The position numbers and the translations under genes are program-made. Below are positions 52,039 to 63,584 of a stretch of 64,000 bases of DNA, in pieces. The notes under the pieces were generated by a model, which worked only from the letters and a program-made list of their open reading frames with translations, did not search any database and was not told the DNA's origin. Source of the stretch: Spironucleus salmonicida (taxonomy: Eukaryota); assembly GCF_000497125.1 (NCBI RefSeq), contig NC_090600.1, positions 1,571,197 to 1,635,196 of the forward strand. The letters run 5' to 3'. The first letter of the stretch is position 1. Each line of letters begins with the position of its first letter.

Positions 52039-55000
52039 ATGGATTATTAGTCTTTCATTTAGTTATTATAAACTCTGATGACAGCATCTGACTAAACCAT
52101 ACGTTAAGAAACTGAAATCGGTTATTTTAATTATCGTTCCCAAGATCCATCCGATAATTTTGTTGATAATATGATACAATGTATTATCACACCTAGTGAA
52201 GTATCAGACTTTGCTGCTGTATTATTACGCTAAGATATAGATAAAAATGGAGATAAATGTTGTTTCCATAGACTTTCAGATGAGTCAAAATGCATTACTT
52301 ATATTGATAGTTTGTTAGCTTCTGTTGCATAATCTTAGTCTGATAAATTATTAATGGTAGTTGCCCATTGGTCAGTCGAGTTAATGATTAAAGATATAGA
52401 GATCCCAACTGTTTTTGGATTTATTTAATAAGCTTATCAAAGCGAACACGTGCGTGTTATGGCGGTAATGCTTGTAGCACAAATGGTTGATGCGTCCTAT
52501 TCTACTTTATAAAAATGGCCTTTTAATGTATTCGAATTTTTACAAATGTGTATTTAAGATTAAGATCATAAAGTTGCTAGATATACAATTTAAGCTATGG
52601 CTAAGATTTTAGTTAATAATGATACCACAACTGGCATGGATTAGAAGGCTGTGGTTGGTGTTATGACTATGATTATGTAGAGAATCACACAATCTATTGC
52701 TTCTAATGACGAACCGAATAGCATTAAAATGTTAGTATCCCTTTAAGATATAATTGGTTTTATTGGTGATTCAATCATTGAGTAAATTCCAGAAATAATT
52801 AAATTTTTATCTTAAATCTTAAGATCTAACTTTTCAGAAGAAATGAAATGTTAAGCCGTTCGTATTTTCTTAGATATAACTGAGACTATCAGCAACATTC
52901 GCAAATTTTTAGCTGATATCGTAGCCAACTTCTTAAAAGAGTTTATTCTTCCTAATACCTCTACTGTAACTGAAGATGATATTTAAAATTGGATATAAGA
53001 AGAAAATGATTTAGAATATCGTGCAGAATCTCTATAAGCTCTTTGTGAAGATACTTTCGAATCTTGCTCCTATACATTAGGTAAATAAATAATCTAGCCT
53101 CTATTATACAACGCTGCTATTATGGCAAATAAATAACCTTAAAACTGGAGATAACTTTTATGTGTCTTAAACGCAATATGTTTCTCAGCCGAAGGTATTC
53201 AAAATGTTTGCAAGCAGAAAGACATTGATAATTTTTGCAAATAAGTTTTAGCAAGCTAAGATAATCCAAACCCCAGAGTCAGATATGCAGTTTTACAAAC
53301 TATAGGCCAACTTTGTACTGATTTCGCTCCTTAAATATAAGTAAACCATAAGATTATCATGTCTTGCATCATGAAACTGGCATAAGACCCAGTTTCCAAA
53401 GTTGCTTATCATGCTGTAGCAGCTGCTATCAACTTTAATTCAGGACTTGACTATGAAGGTTCTTACCAATATATTGAGTAATTTGTATTAATTATGAAGT
53501 TTGCATGGGGATCAGGCTCTATGGATGGCTAAACTAACGCGTTAACTTTGTTAAGCTCTTTGTGCGAAGTTCTTGATAAGGAAGATTTAACACCAATTTT
53601 GTAAGATTTAATGCCTGGTATTTTAGAGCAATTCTAAACAACTATGGAGGCTATCAAAAATGTTCCAGAATTCAATAAAAAGTAATAGGAGTTTATTACT
53701 GCTATTTTATAAGCTATTTCTATGTCTTCAGAGGAAGTCCCAGAATTATTCATCGGTATTGCTGAAAATATTTTGGATAATTTGATGATTATTGTACAGC
53801 GTTCGAAGTAATAAGAAGAGCATGAGAATTTTTCAAGTGCATTCTCTGCAATTCAGCGCTTAGCTCCATCTTGTACAGGTAAAATGTAATCTTATATCAA
53901 CTAATTGTATCCAATAATTACTGATGTTTTAAAGAATAAGGCTATTGACGTTGGTACAGGTATTGAAAATGAAGGCGAGGTTAAATTTAACGAGCATGTC
54001 ATATCTTTGTAAACTGCTGTTTTCCTCGCCCTTGTTGATTTCTTAGAAAAATTCCCTGAATCTTTCAAGGAATATTTCTAAGAACTTACCACTTAAATTA
54101 TCGATTTTAACACATTAGCAATGGATGGATTGACTGTTGCTAGATTACTTTGTATGGCTTAGTTGGTTGCGGTCGCTCATAAATGTGGCTTTAATGTTTA
54201 AGAGTTCCACACAATGATGTTCCCTATTTTCATGAAAGAGATATTGCCAGAAGATCCTACTGATGAATCGTGTCAGTATGATCTTGAATAGGTTGCTGAC
54301 TGCATTGATGGTGTTGCTACATATGTTGAATCATATTTAGAATATGTAAAGGCGACTAATGATACTTCAGTTTATAACGAAACTATATAATAGTTTATGA
54401 ATGCTTTATAATATTTAGAGAAGTCTGCTGCCCACATTTTCAAAGAAGAATTTGAAGATTTGGACGGTGAATTAGAAGACTTAGATGCCGATGAGTAAGA
54501 GGCAGAAATTGAAAGATTAGTAGACAACTATGCTACTAGCATTGAGTCTTTAGGATTTGCATATTCCTGCTTTGTTTCAAAGCTTTAGGATATCAATGTC
54601 GTAAGTACATACGTAGTTCCAACAGCCCAGCGTTTTATTACTGCTGGATTGTAAACTTTACCTCAAATTTATTTTGTTACTGAAGGTATTGCTATCTTCG
54701 CAGATATTGTTGAGAAGTTTGACCCTTCTTATTATATCAATATTATTGAATCTGTTATCCCATAAGCTATGATGATGCTTTCTCAGAAACCTGATTGTTG
54801 GATTTTAGTTCAGTCGGTTTATTATATGATCGGCTAGTATATTTTAAAGAATCCTGCATCAGAAGTTGCTAAATCTGAATAATGCATTTCCTTTGCCGCT
54901 AAAGCTATAACTCAAGCGATTGCCGATGGATCTGATGAAGCATTACACTCCCATGATAATTTGGTATCATATCTTTTATTTGCTGGTGATGCCACCTTAT

Positions 55001-55332
55001 AATCAGAGTCTTATTGGCAGTAATGGCATGCTTTTGCGCGTGGAGTCAAAAATGATGGAGAGGAAGTATCTAATATTTCTAAGTATTTAACCTCTAAGTT
55101 AATCTAAAATGATGCTGGATGGATGGGTCGTGTTAATATGGCGGTGGACGTACTTGTTTTGTTATTCTTTGGTACTTATTACTCGGATATTAAAAATAGT
55201 GACGAGAATAAAGAGCTAGTCGAATAAATTCGTGCTATTATAAACAATGGTAATGTCTTGCCAATTGTTCAGGCGGCAGTTCAAAGTGGTGGCTCATTTG
55301 TTTAAAAGAACTATTAGAATTTTACCCAGTGA
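52039..55332 (+). CDS. IPO5: importin-5/karyopherin beta-3 (HEAT repeats)
   Basis: NPNPRVRYAVLQTIGQLCTDFAP closely matches the IPO5/Pse1 signature; acidic loop EDDIQNW..EEND; ~1097 aa helical. Confidence 0.85.
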
Positions 55333-55406
55333 TTGAGCTTTATTGAAATTTATAAGTATTTAAGAAAAGCTAAGCAATATATAATAATATATTTTAATTC
55401 TATATA

Positions 55407-56675
55407 ATGACATGTTTTACTAGCGTTGAGGCTCTTTCTCGCTATAGGTACAAATTTATAAAGTAGTTAGGGGAAGGAGGTCAAGGTAAAGTTGGATTAT
55501 ATGATGACGTTAAAAATGATATCTAGGTTGCAATAAAATGTTACGATATAAAAAACGTTTAATAAGATGAAATAAATTTCATCAAAAGAGAATTCTAGAT
55601 TCTATTATCAATAAATTAGACAAATGTGATAAAGTGTTAATAGCTATTAAATAATAAAGATTATTTGTTCTTAGTTTAGGAAGTTATTTAAGGATAATCA
55701 CTAATGGAGGTTCTAAATTCACTATCTGATTAACACAAATAGGATTCTTTTATTATTGATTAGATTTACTATTTACAATATACTCATATTGAAACGATTG
55801 TTGTACAACTTCTATTTACGTTGCATTATTTACACGAAAAAAAAATAATTCACAGAGATATAAAATTAGATAATGTAATGTATTCTTTTGTTACAAAAAA
55901 AGCAACTCTTATTGATTTTGGTTGTGCTAAAAGTGAAACCAAAATGGGAACTGTGAAAACAATATTAGGTACTATTGACTATATGTCACCTGAAATGTTA
56001 TTTGGATAAAAATACACAGATAGTACTGATATTTGGTCTTTAGGTGTGCTCATCTATAAACTTTTAACTAATTTATCACCATTTAAACCACGACATGCAG
56101 ATAATGCATCATTGTTTAATAAAATTAAAGATGCAGATTTTTATCCACTTCCCGAAAATGTCAATTAGTACCTTGAGAAAATTGTTAAGGAATGTTTAAC
56201 ACCAGATATTGCATTAAGACCATCTGCCAGTTAATTATTACTTAAATATTTTTCAAACTCAACTTAAGCACAGTGGATTTAGTTAAGTAGAAAGGACAAA
56301 TCTTCATATAGAATATTAAGTTTTAATTCAAGTATTAAGTTGCTATAAGTTAATAACATTGAGCTCTTAGTTGAAGAATTAGAATCTATCACTATTACGG
56401 AATCAATTCTCAGAAAATATTAAGCTATTTATTTAGAAGAGTAATATTAGTTAAATGTAGTTGCTAGATTACTACCATAATAAGAAAATCTTTTAATTTT
56501 TTCAACAAAAAACAAAGATAGTTTCTTATTTGATTAGGATATCAAATTCCATTAGTTATAGTAGCCAGATATAGAAATCTAAATACTACTGATGCTCAGT
56601 AATTATTATCCAGGTAACTAGCTTAATATAGGAGATATAGTTATTGAGACAAAGTAAGAAAAAGGTTGTTGTTGA
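55407..56675 (+). CDS. Ser/Thr protein kinase ending in -GCC
   Basis: LGEGGQGKV, VAIK, HRDIKLDN, DFG, GTIDYMSPE, DIWSLG; ends ...ETKQEKGCC*. Confidence 0.88.
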
Positions 56676-57024
56676 TTTTATGCATTTTTATTATTTAAAT
56701 AGATATTATTCTTTATTTTTTGAATATATGGTTTAACTAATTAATATAGAATAAAATAGAGCACATCGTGTCTAAAATTATCTAATGGTTCCGAATAACT
56801 TTTCTTAATTTATTAATATTTATAATATAAAATTATTTCTTTTGAATTTAAAATAATAAAGACTTCATTTATGATTGATTACATCATATATAGTAAAAAT
56901 TATATATTAAGAGTAATGTAATATAGTTATGTACTCATAATATGACAAAAATAAATTCCAATCTTTATAAGTTAAAGATATATTAGAATTAATATAAAAT
57001 TAATAAATAAAATATTTTCAATAA

Positions 57025-58077
57025 ATGCCTTATGAAGATTATGATATGACGCGACTTATGTTTGATTAGCTCGGTGAGGGGACATATGGTGCAATTTTTA
57101 AGATTAGGAGAAAATCAGATGATAAGAACTTCGCGTTAAAATTAGTAGATTAAAGATTTGCTGAAATGCAAAATTTAATTTAAGAAGCTCATCTATAAAA
57201 GTAATCTAAGCATGAAAATATTGCTAATATAGAAGAATATTTTGTGCAAGAAGAACGCCTTTATATAATAATGAGTTTATATGAAGGAGACTTATCGTAA
57301 CTTATAGAAAAATATAAATCGTAAAACAAGTAATTTTCTGATGATTATATACTTAAAATTTATTTACAATTAATTCAAGCACTAAATTATCTTCATAAAC
57401 TGTAAATTCTTCATAGAGACGTTAAACCATAGAATATGCTTTTGGACGAGGATCTAAATATTTATTTATCAGATTTTGGTATTGCTCGGGCAAATGAACA
57501 AGATTCAGGAAAAACAACAAATATAGGAACATAAGATTATATGTCACCTGAACTTTTTGAAAGTACGTCAGATTATGACTATTAACCTGATATCTGGGCT
57601 TCTGGGGTTGTTTTATATTAACTTATGACGTTAAGCCTACCTTTTTAATCTCATAAGCATCAGATTTCCTGCCAATTTATAGTGCCTAAAGTTAATAATT
57701 AGGAAAGTTAGTAGCACCTAGCTTAATTATTCCCATTAATATTCAGAGAGTATAAAAGTCGTATTACTTCAGCATAAATTATTGACTATCTCAATAGCGA
57801 TCAGGATATTAATCAGTTTTAGTTCAAAGATTTGTATTCCTAAAAAATATATACGTAGTTATCAAATAAATATAAATGTGTTATTGTAGATAAAGTTATA
57901 CGTAGAATGCTTAATTTATTATAAATTAGTGATAAAAACTTGATAACCAATATTGAATAAGGATTATAAGTAGAAAATGATGAGGTATAACAGTTAGGAA
58001 TTTAGGAAGGTGTGACTTTTAATGATGAAGAAATACACCAAATTCGACGAATAGCTATATGTTTATTAGATATTTGA
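57025..58077 (+). CDS. NEK-like Ser/Thr kinase
   Basis: LGEGTYGAIF, FALK, LYIIMSLYEGDL, HRDVKPQNML, SDFGIAR, GTQDYMSPE, DIWASGVVLYQLMTLSLPF (NEK-type). Confidence 0.85.
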
Positions 58078-58083
58078 AGTCCT

Positions 58084-58431
58084 TCACTCAATTAAGCCAT
58101 TGATTGTTTCTTTTGACATTATTTTATTTCCACTTAAACCTATAGCTCTTACCAGATTTTTACCAGTCATTGTGGTACTCTCTTAATTATCTAACGCTAC
58201 TCTCTCAAATATTCTACAATATTATTATTGAAGTCCCAATGCTACTATTTATAATAATTTTTAATCGTCAATATTGAATCCTCTTTTTTATAATTAAAAC
58301 TGTATAAAAGATTCAGGAATAGAGCAAGGTTATATAACTTTTTCTAATTCTAATAGTGCGTTATCTTCCATTTAATCTAATTTCTATGAAAGCGTATCGG
58401 GACTAACTTGTGGTTATAAATGTGTTTACAT
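58084..58431 (-). CDS. TAF10-like histone-fold protein (115 aa)
   Basis: SIPESFIQFQLQKRGFNIDDQKLLQIVALGLQQQYCRIF...TMTGKNLVRAIGLSG aligns by eye with TAF10 TIPDAVT.YYL..AGF...DPRI.RLISLAAQKFISDI...TLTMEDL..AL..YG. Confidence 0.65.
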
Positions 58432-58487
58432 TTTAAATAATATTATATATTAAGTATTATATATTAAGTATTAATTATTCTGTAGAA

Positions 58488-58766
58488 ATGGACAAACGAA
58501 ATAAGAAGAATAAGTTAAAATTTACAATGAAACATAGAGATTTTATTCAAAAAGATTGCAAAATAAATCTTTAAATTAAGGCAAAAACTTATTTAAGAGA
58601 ATACGTAGAAAAGCTTCTTATTAAAATTATATACCAATCCTAGCGCCAGGCTAATCAAAAGAAGCAGTAAATCATCCAATTCAATGACATAGCGACCATA
58701 ATTTTTAACGACCCACAATATGCTCTAATCGCAGCCATGTGTTTTAGCAAAAACCAACCTCAGTGA
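58488..58766 (+). CDS. H2A/NF-YC/NC2alpha-type histone-fold protein (92 aa)
   Basis: LKFTMKH...AKTYLREYVEKLLIKIIYQSQRQANQKKQQIIQFNDIATIIFNDPQYALI follows the H2A/NF-YC pattern (A.YL...E.L...I...A...KK..I...DI...I.ND); basic N-terminal tail. Confidence 0.6.
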
Positions 58767-58810
58767 AATTTATTACCTCGTATTATGTCTATTATATCAA
58801 ACTCTCCAAA

Positions 58811-59419
58811 ATGGCTTTTCAGCGAAAAAACATCAATTCGCGAAACCTGCACATGAAAATTACACCACTGCAGCTAAATCCCAAAATTGAGCCCCGCTAA
58901 AATCGTACGCCCCAGCAGCCGCTGGAATCGTACCTTGAGTTCGCGCCTAACATCCCAACTTCAAACACGCGAACCGAGGATGACTCACAGCTCAAAAAGC
59001 GCGTTATCGCCCTCGAGCTATAGACTCGAGAATAGCGGGAAATCAACCAAAATATGAATGACTTCCTGAACCAACAACAGCAGATCATTACACAGCTCGT
59101 TTCGGAGATGAATTTGCTTACGAAGCGCTTCCACACTTTGGACTCAGAAATTGTCAATTTGAACACACGCATGCAGCAGTGCGAGGGATCTAACGATGCA
59201 GTGAGCTATAAAGATGCGTTTAACCGACAGATTCAGGCTATCTAGTCCCAAATGAGCGTCGTTGGAGCAAAGCTAGATATTCTATAGAACGAAGCAAAAA
59301 GTGGAAAGAATACAACAGTTAGCCGGGACGAGTGGTAGTGGGGTCAGAATGTGTTGGTGGAGTAGATAAAGAACGTGGAAACGGCAATTAAGAACTTTTA
59401 GTTCAGCACAAAAAAGTGA
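58811..59419 (+). CDS. coiled-coil hypothetical protein
   Basis: MAFQRKNINSRNLHMK... includes track ORF 59054; ends AAGTGA; relatively GC-rich. Confidence 0.7.
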
Positions 59420-59466
59420 TTTATTAAAAAATATTAATATTATATCTTAATAATTAGTTTAGTAAA

Positions 59467-60813
59467 ATGAAAATATCAGTCTCAAAGTTTGAAGGATTGA
59501 AGCAGAGTTTAAATAATGAAATGTGCTAAATTTTAGAATTAACTAAATAAAAATATTAGATTTTAGTACCAGATGATACTATAATTAAGATATTTAACTT
59601 GGATTTTGAAGTTTAGCTGTTTACATAAACAGCAGTTTCGCTGCCATAAATTGGTACCAGCGGGAGCAACATTATTAAAGATCTATTAATTTTATAGTTA
59701 AGAACTGATAAATTTATACTAGTTTTGTTGAAAAGCAATATTTTATTAGTTTATGATTCATTATTTTGCATTATTACATATTTTGCACCTGATAAAATTT
59801 TTAGCGATAAGTTAACACCAATCAGTTTATCTATAGATGCAAATAGTGCATAATATTAATTTTCAATTTTTTATAGTACTGTGGTTTTTCATTTTACATA
59901 TAAAGCTTTTGAGGATAGTATATATAAAAGGTAAAATGTAGTGTTTAATGAATCTTCTTAAGTTTAAATGAATGGTAACATTCTTTTAGTGTAAAATTAT
60001 GGTATTTAATAAAGCATTTAACCAATTTAATAATTTATCTCTTATGATTTATAATCTTTATAGGATTCACTTTTATAAAAGTGTAACAAACTAGTAACTT
60101 TGTAATAACATTTATATAGAATTTCTACGTTTTCTGGACTAACTAAAATTTCACCTTTATACTAATATAAAACTAATTTTATTGAACCTACTACTTAAGT
60201 TTTACAAGGTATGGATTAATTTAAATAAAAACTTACTTCTTAATTGCTAGTATAATAACATAATCTTTAATTTATTGTAAATTAGGTAGAATTAGATAAT
60301 TATTTATCTTTGAATTACGTAGGAAAATATCTTATTGAAAACTTCAACTGGTAATTTTAAAAATCAAATATTTAAACAATTCCTTAATCCAAGAAGCATA
60401 GTATTTTTGCAAAAACAAAAGCATTTTTGTAATAAAAATAAGATATTGATGCAAATAGTTTAGTTCCTAGTAGTTTTAAATATCTATATTATCATGACTA
60501 ATTTGAGAATTATAATTCGGTGCTGATTATAGATAATGAAATATTTGTCTATAGATTAGATTAATTTGCGCTTCTATCGAATTATTTATTTATAGGAGAC
60601 TCTATAACTTTAATAAATTCCTATATTTTCAAAGAATAATTAATAATTTATTAAGAAAATAATGGTGATATTAAGAAATGCGTCTTGACACTTCCTGGAC
60701 TAATTTTATAATCAAATCAATCTGATATATTCTAACTTAAACTTAACTAATCGTGCTAAGCATTATTTAATGTTTTTGATGAATATTTTGTAACATGTAG
60801 TTTATTAGAATGA
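59467..60813 (+). CDS. hypothetical protein (beta-rich)
   Basis: MKISVSKFEGLKQSLNNEMCQILEL... frame 1 to TGA 60811-60813. Confidence 0.55.
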
Positions 60814-61235
60814 TATACTATTTTTAAGACTAAAATTATCAAATTAATTTCTATGCCGGGGAAGTATAAAAACTAATCGGATAAGATTATTAAGCTTTAT
60901 TTATAGCATAAGATTTTTTAATAGATTCTAAAATCAAAAAGTACTAATATATTATATGTATTTTCGTATAATTTTATCACCGCAATTATTATTTTATATG
61001 TATTTTTGAATGTATATTTAATATTAATTTTGATCAATTGTATAATATAGATATAATAAGATAAGTGGCAGTAGGTTATAAAATATAATTTCTAATTTAT
61101 ATTTTATACATGTAAAAATTATGTTTTTAGTATGTAATATCATATAGTTAAATTCATTAACCTATGATCAAAATTAAAAACTAAGAAATATTATAATATT
61201 AATATATAATATAATGTGACTAACTTATTTACTTA

Positions 61236-61886
61236 ATGGACTTTATTGATCTCCCATCGTTCTTTAATGGCGAATACAGTATATAAGAAAGTGTATCTGC
61301 ATCTAATCTTTAAGTTAATAAATCATCTATTGAGGTGATAAAGCCTCTTATTCATAGTAATTTTATAACAAATCATACAATAAAAATTGATGGTAAGACA
61401 TACATTGATATGGAACTTATTGCAGCAAATCCAGAATATGCAATTGAATAATCTGATCTATTATTTTAAGCATAAAGTAAGTAAAAGAAGCCTTTAAGTT
61501 TCATCAATCATATTAACTAAGTTTAACAGTAATATAAAACACTACATAGTGATAGGTCTAAATTTAAATGGGAAGAAGATTAATCTTTAATATTTTAAAT
61601 TATAGTAACATCATTGGGAGTTTCATCAGTTAAACCAAAATAAATATCATAGTTTTTCCCTATTGACTTTAACGTGGATCTATAATCATTAGCTATGTAA
61701 TTATTAAAATATAGACAAAGATTAGTAAAAGATAACAATTTATAAAATTTAGATGATCTAAAAAATTATCATTAAGCTTATAATGTTAGTCACTAAAAAA
61801 TTGTTGAGATTTCTTAAAAATGGAGGGACATAAACTTTTAAGGGTTATCTGATATTCAAATTAAAGATATACTTAAGCAGTTGTGA
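61236..61886 (+). CDS. GARP/Myb-like (SHAQKYF-class) DNA-binding protein
   Basis: RSKFKWEEDQSLIFQIIVTSLGVSSVKPKQISQFF...DLQSLAMQLLKYRQR versus the GARP consensus R..WT..LH..F..AV..LG...A.PK.I.......VASHLQKYR. Confidence 0.7.
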
Positions 61887-61892
61887 TTGGAG

Positions 61893-62477
61893 TCATTTTA
61901 ATTAATCTATATATGATTTTATTTGGATATCCGTAAACTCTTTGAAGTCTAAATTTTTCCATTTTAATGCAATATCATTGATAGGATTAAATTTAAATAA
62001 ATTAGGTACCATCCAATTTTCAATTTAATTAACACTATGCAATGCATAATCTATTTTGATCTACTATTTATAATATTAAAAAAATTATGAAATTGAATGT
62101 AAATCTACGTCAATTTTATCTTTAATTAAACTATGGACCTTAAAAGATGTAGTCTTTAATATTCCCAGCGATTATATAACGGTGGCTAAAACTTTTTAAT
62201 CAAATATGCTTAGATAACCCAAAATTTATTCAGGAGATATATCTATTACTTAAGCTTGTTTTATCATTTTAATTAACCGATATATATCATCTTTATTCAT
62301 ATTTTCTAGTAAGCTAATGTCAATATAACGTTTTTATCTATGGATCAAAATAAAATGATCTATATCAGAAGTTGACAAAGGGAAGTCACAAAAAGAATCA
62401 TTCTCCTCAAAAGAAACTTTATAACTAGAATCTGTAGAAGTATCTGAGCTATATTCACTTAATGTCCTTTCTGTCAT
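61893..62477 (-). CDS. degenerate GARP-like paralogue of 61236-61886
   Basis: Shares blocks with its neighbour: KRYIDISLL/KTYIDMELI, VIQSLG/IVTSLG, VDLHSI/VDLQSL and KWKNLDFKEFTDIQIK/KWRDINFQGLSDIQIK. Confidence 0.65.
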
Positions 62478-62535
62478 TTTAATTTAGATTTTTTTTCTGA
62501 TATGAAGTGGTAAAAGTATAGATTAAATATAATAT

Positions 62536-63234
62536 TCATTGTGATTATTTGTATAAACACAAATGTTTTTGAATATCAAAATCATAAATTTGATTAATAA
62601 ATTTAGTAACGAAAAGCTTATCATAATATATATAACTCCAGCACACTAAAGGTGATGGAAAAGGTGGGCTCAAATACTATTTAAAATTTTCAGATAGGTC
62701 TAGTAAAATAGAATGAGAGTTTAAAAATGTAAAGACTATAAAAGAATCCGACTCAAATGAAACTATATCAGACTATAGAGTAACACCACTTTTGATTTTT
62801 ATAATTTAATTTTGACTAACTTCATAAATGTTTAATTAATAATCTATAACATAAGTAATACCATTATAATAATGAATAATACAATTTTAAAATTCTTACA
62901 GATACAATATATTACCTGACTAATCTAATACTGATAAATTTCCTTGGCTATAAACTAGAAATTTATCACCATACAAATCATAAGAATCAACTAGTTGTAA
63001 CTAAGATACTTCCTCAATATTATCTTGATTATATCTAAATAAATATGATTTATCGTTGTTTGAATGAATTCCATAGAACAAGTTACTAATATTAACTGAT
63101 TTAGAAGGATACTTTTAACTATATGGAAAGATAATTGGTTTATCCATGATTTTCTTTAACTCTAAGTTATACAATGAGGCTAAATTATTATCGTAAGAAT
63201 ATAAAATATTTTAATCTTTATGTAGGAATTGCAT
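62536..63234 (-). CDS. hypothetical protein (232 aa)
   Basis: MQFLHKDQNILYSYDNNLASLYNL...KHLCLYKQSQ*. Confidence 0.6.
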
Positions 63235-63584
63235 TTTCGAAATTATGAACCTTCAGTAAATAATATATTATTAATATTAATTAATAGAAATTATTTAGAA
63301 TTTTAATGTCTATTTTTATACAAAAAATAATACTAGATGATTTACTCTTATAAGATAATTACTAACAAAATTATAATTGGTTCATAGATTTTACTTACAT
63401 ATTGAATTTCATACCCTTCATAATACATATTCATTCAATCTATAATAGTTAAGCCTAATATTGATTACTTAATGTTAGTTAATATTATATTTTTAAATAT
63501 CTCTAGTAAACAAATTATGTTGAAAATAACAAAATTATATATTTTTCTAATACATCATAGATAATATATTTTTACATTTCAATA

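Noticed and set aside
60814-61235. Possible small ORF or spliceosomal intron (GTATGT at ~61130)
   Set aside because: Low-complexity AT-rich sequence; no convincing fused branch-point/3' splice site.
44772-62477. Functional cluster of chromatin/transcription genes (taspase-like, ISWI, histone folds, GARPs)
   Set aside because: Interspersed with unrelated genes; chance proximity in a compact genome is sufficient without synteny evidence.
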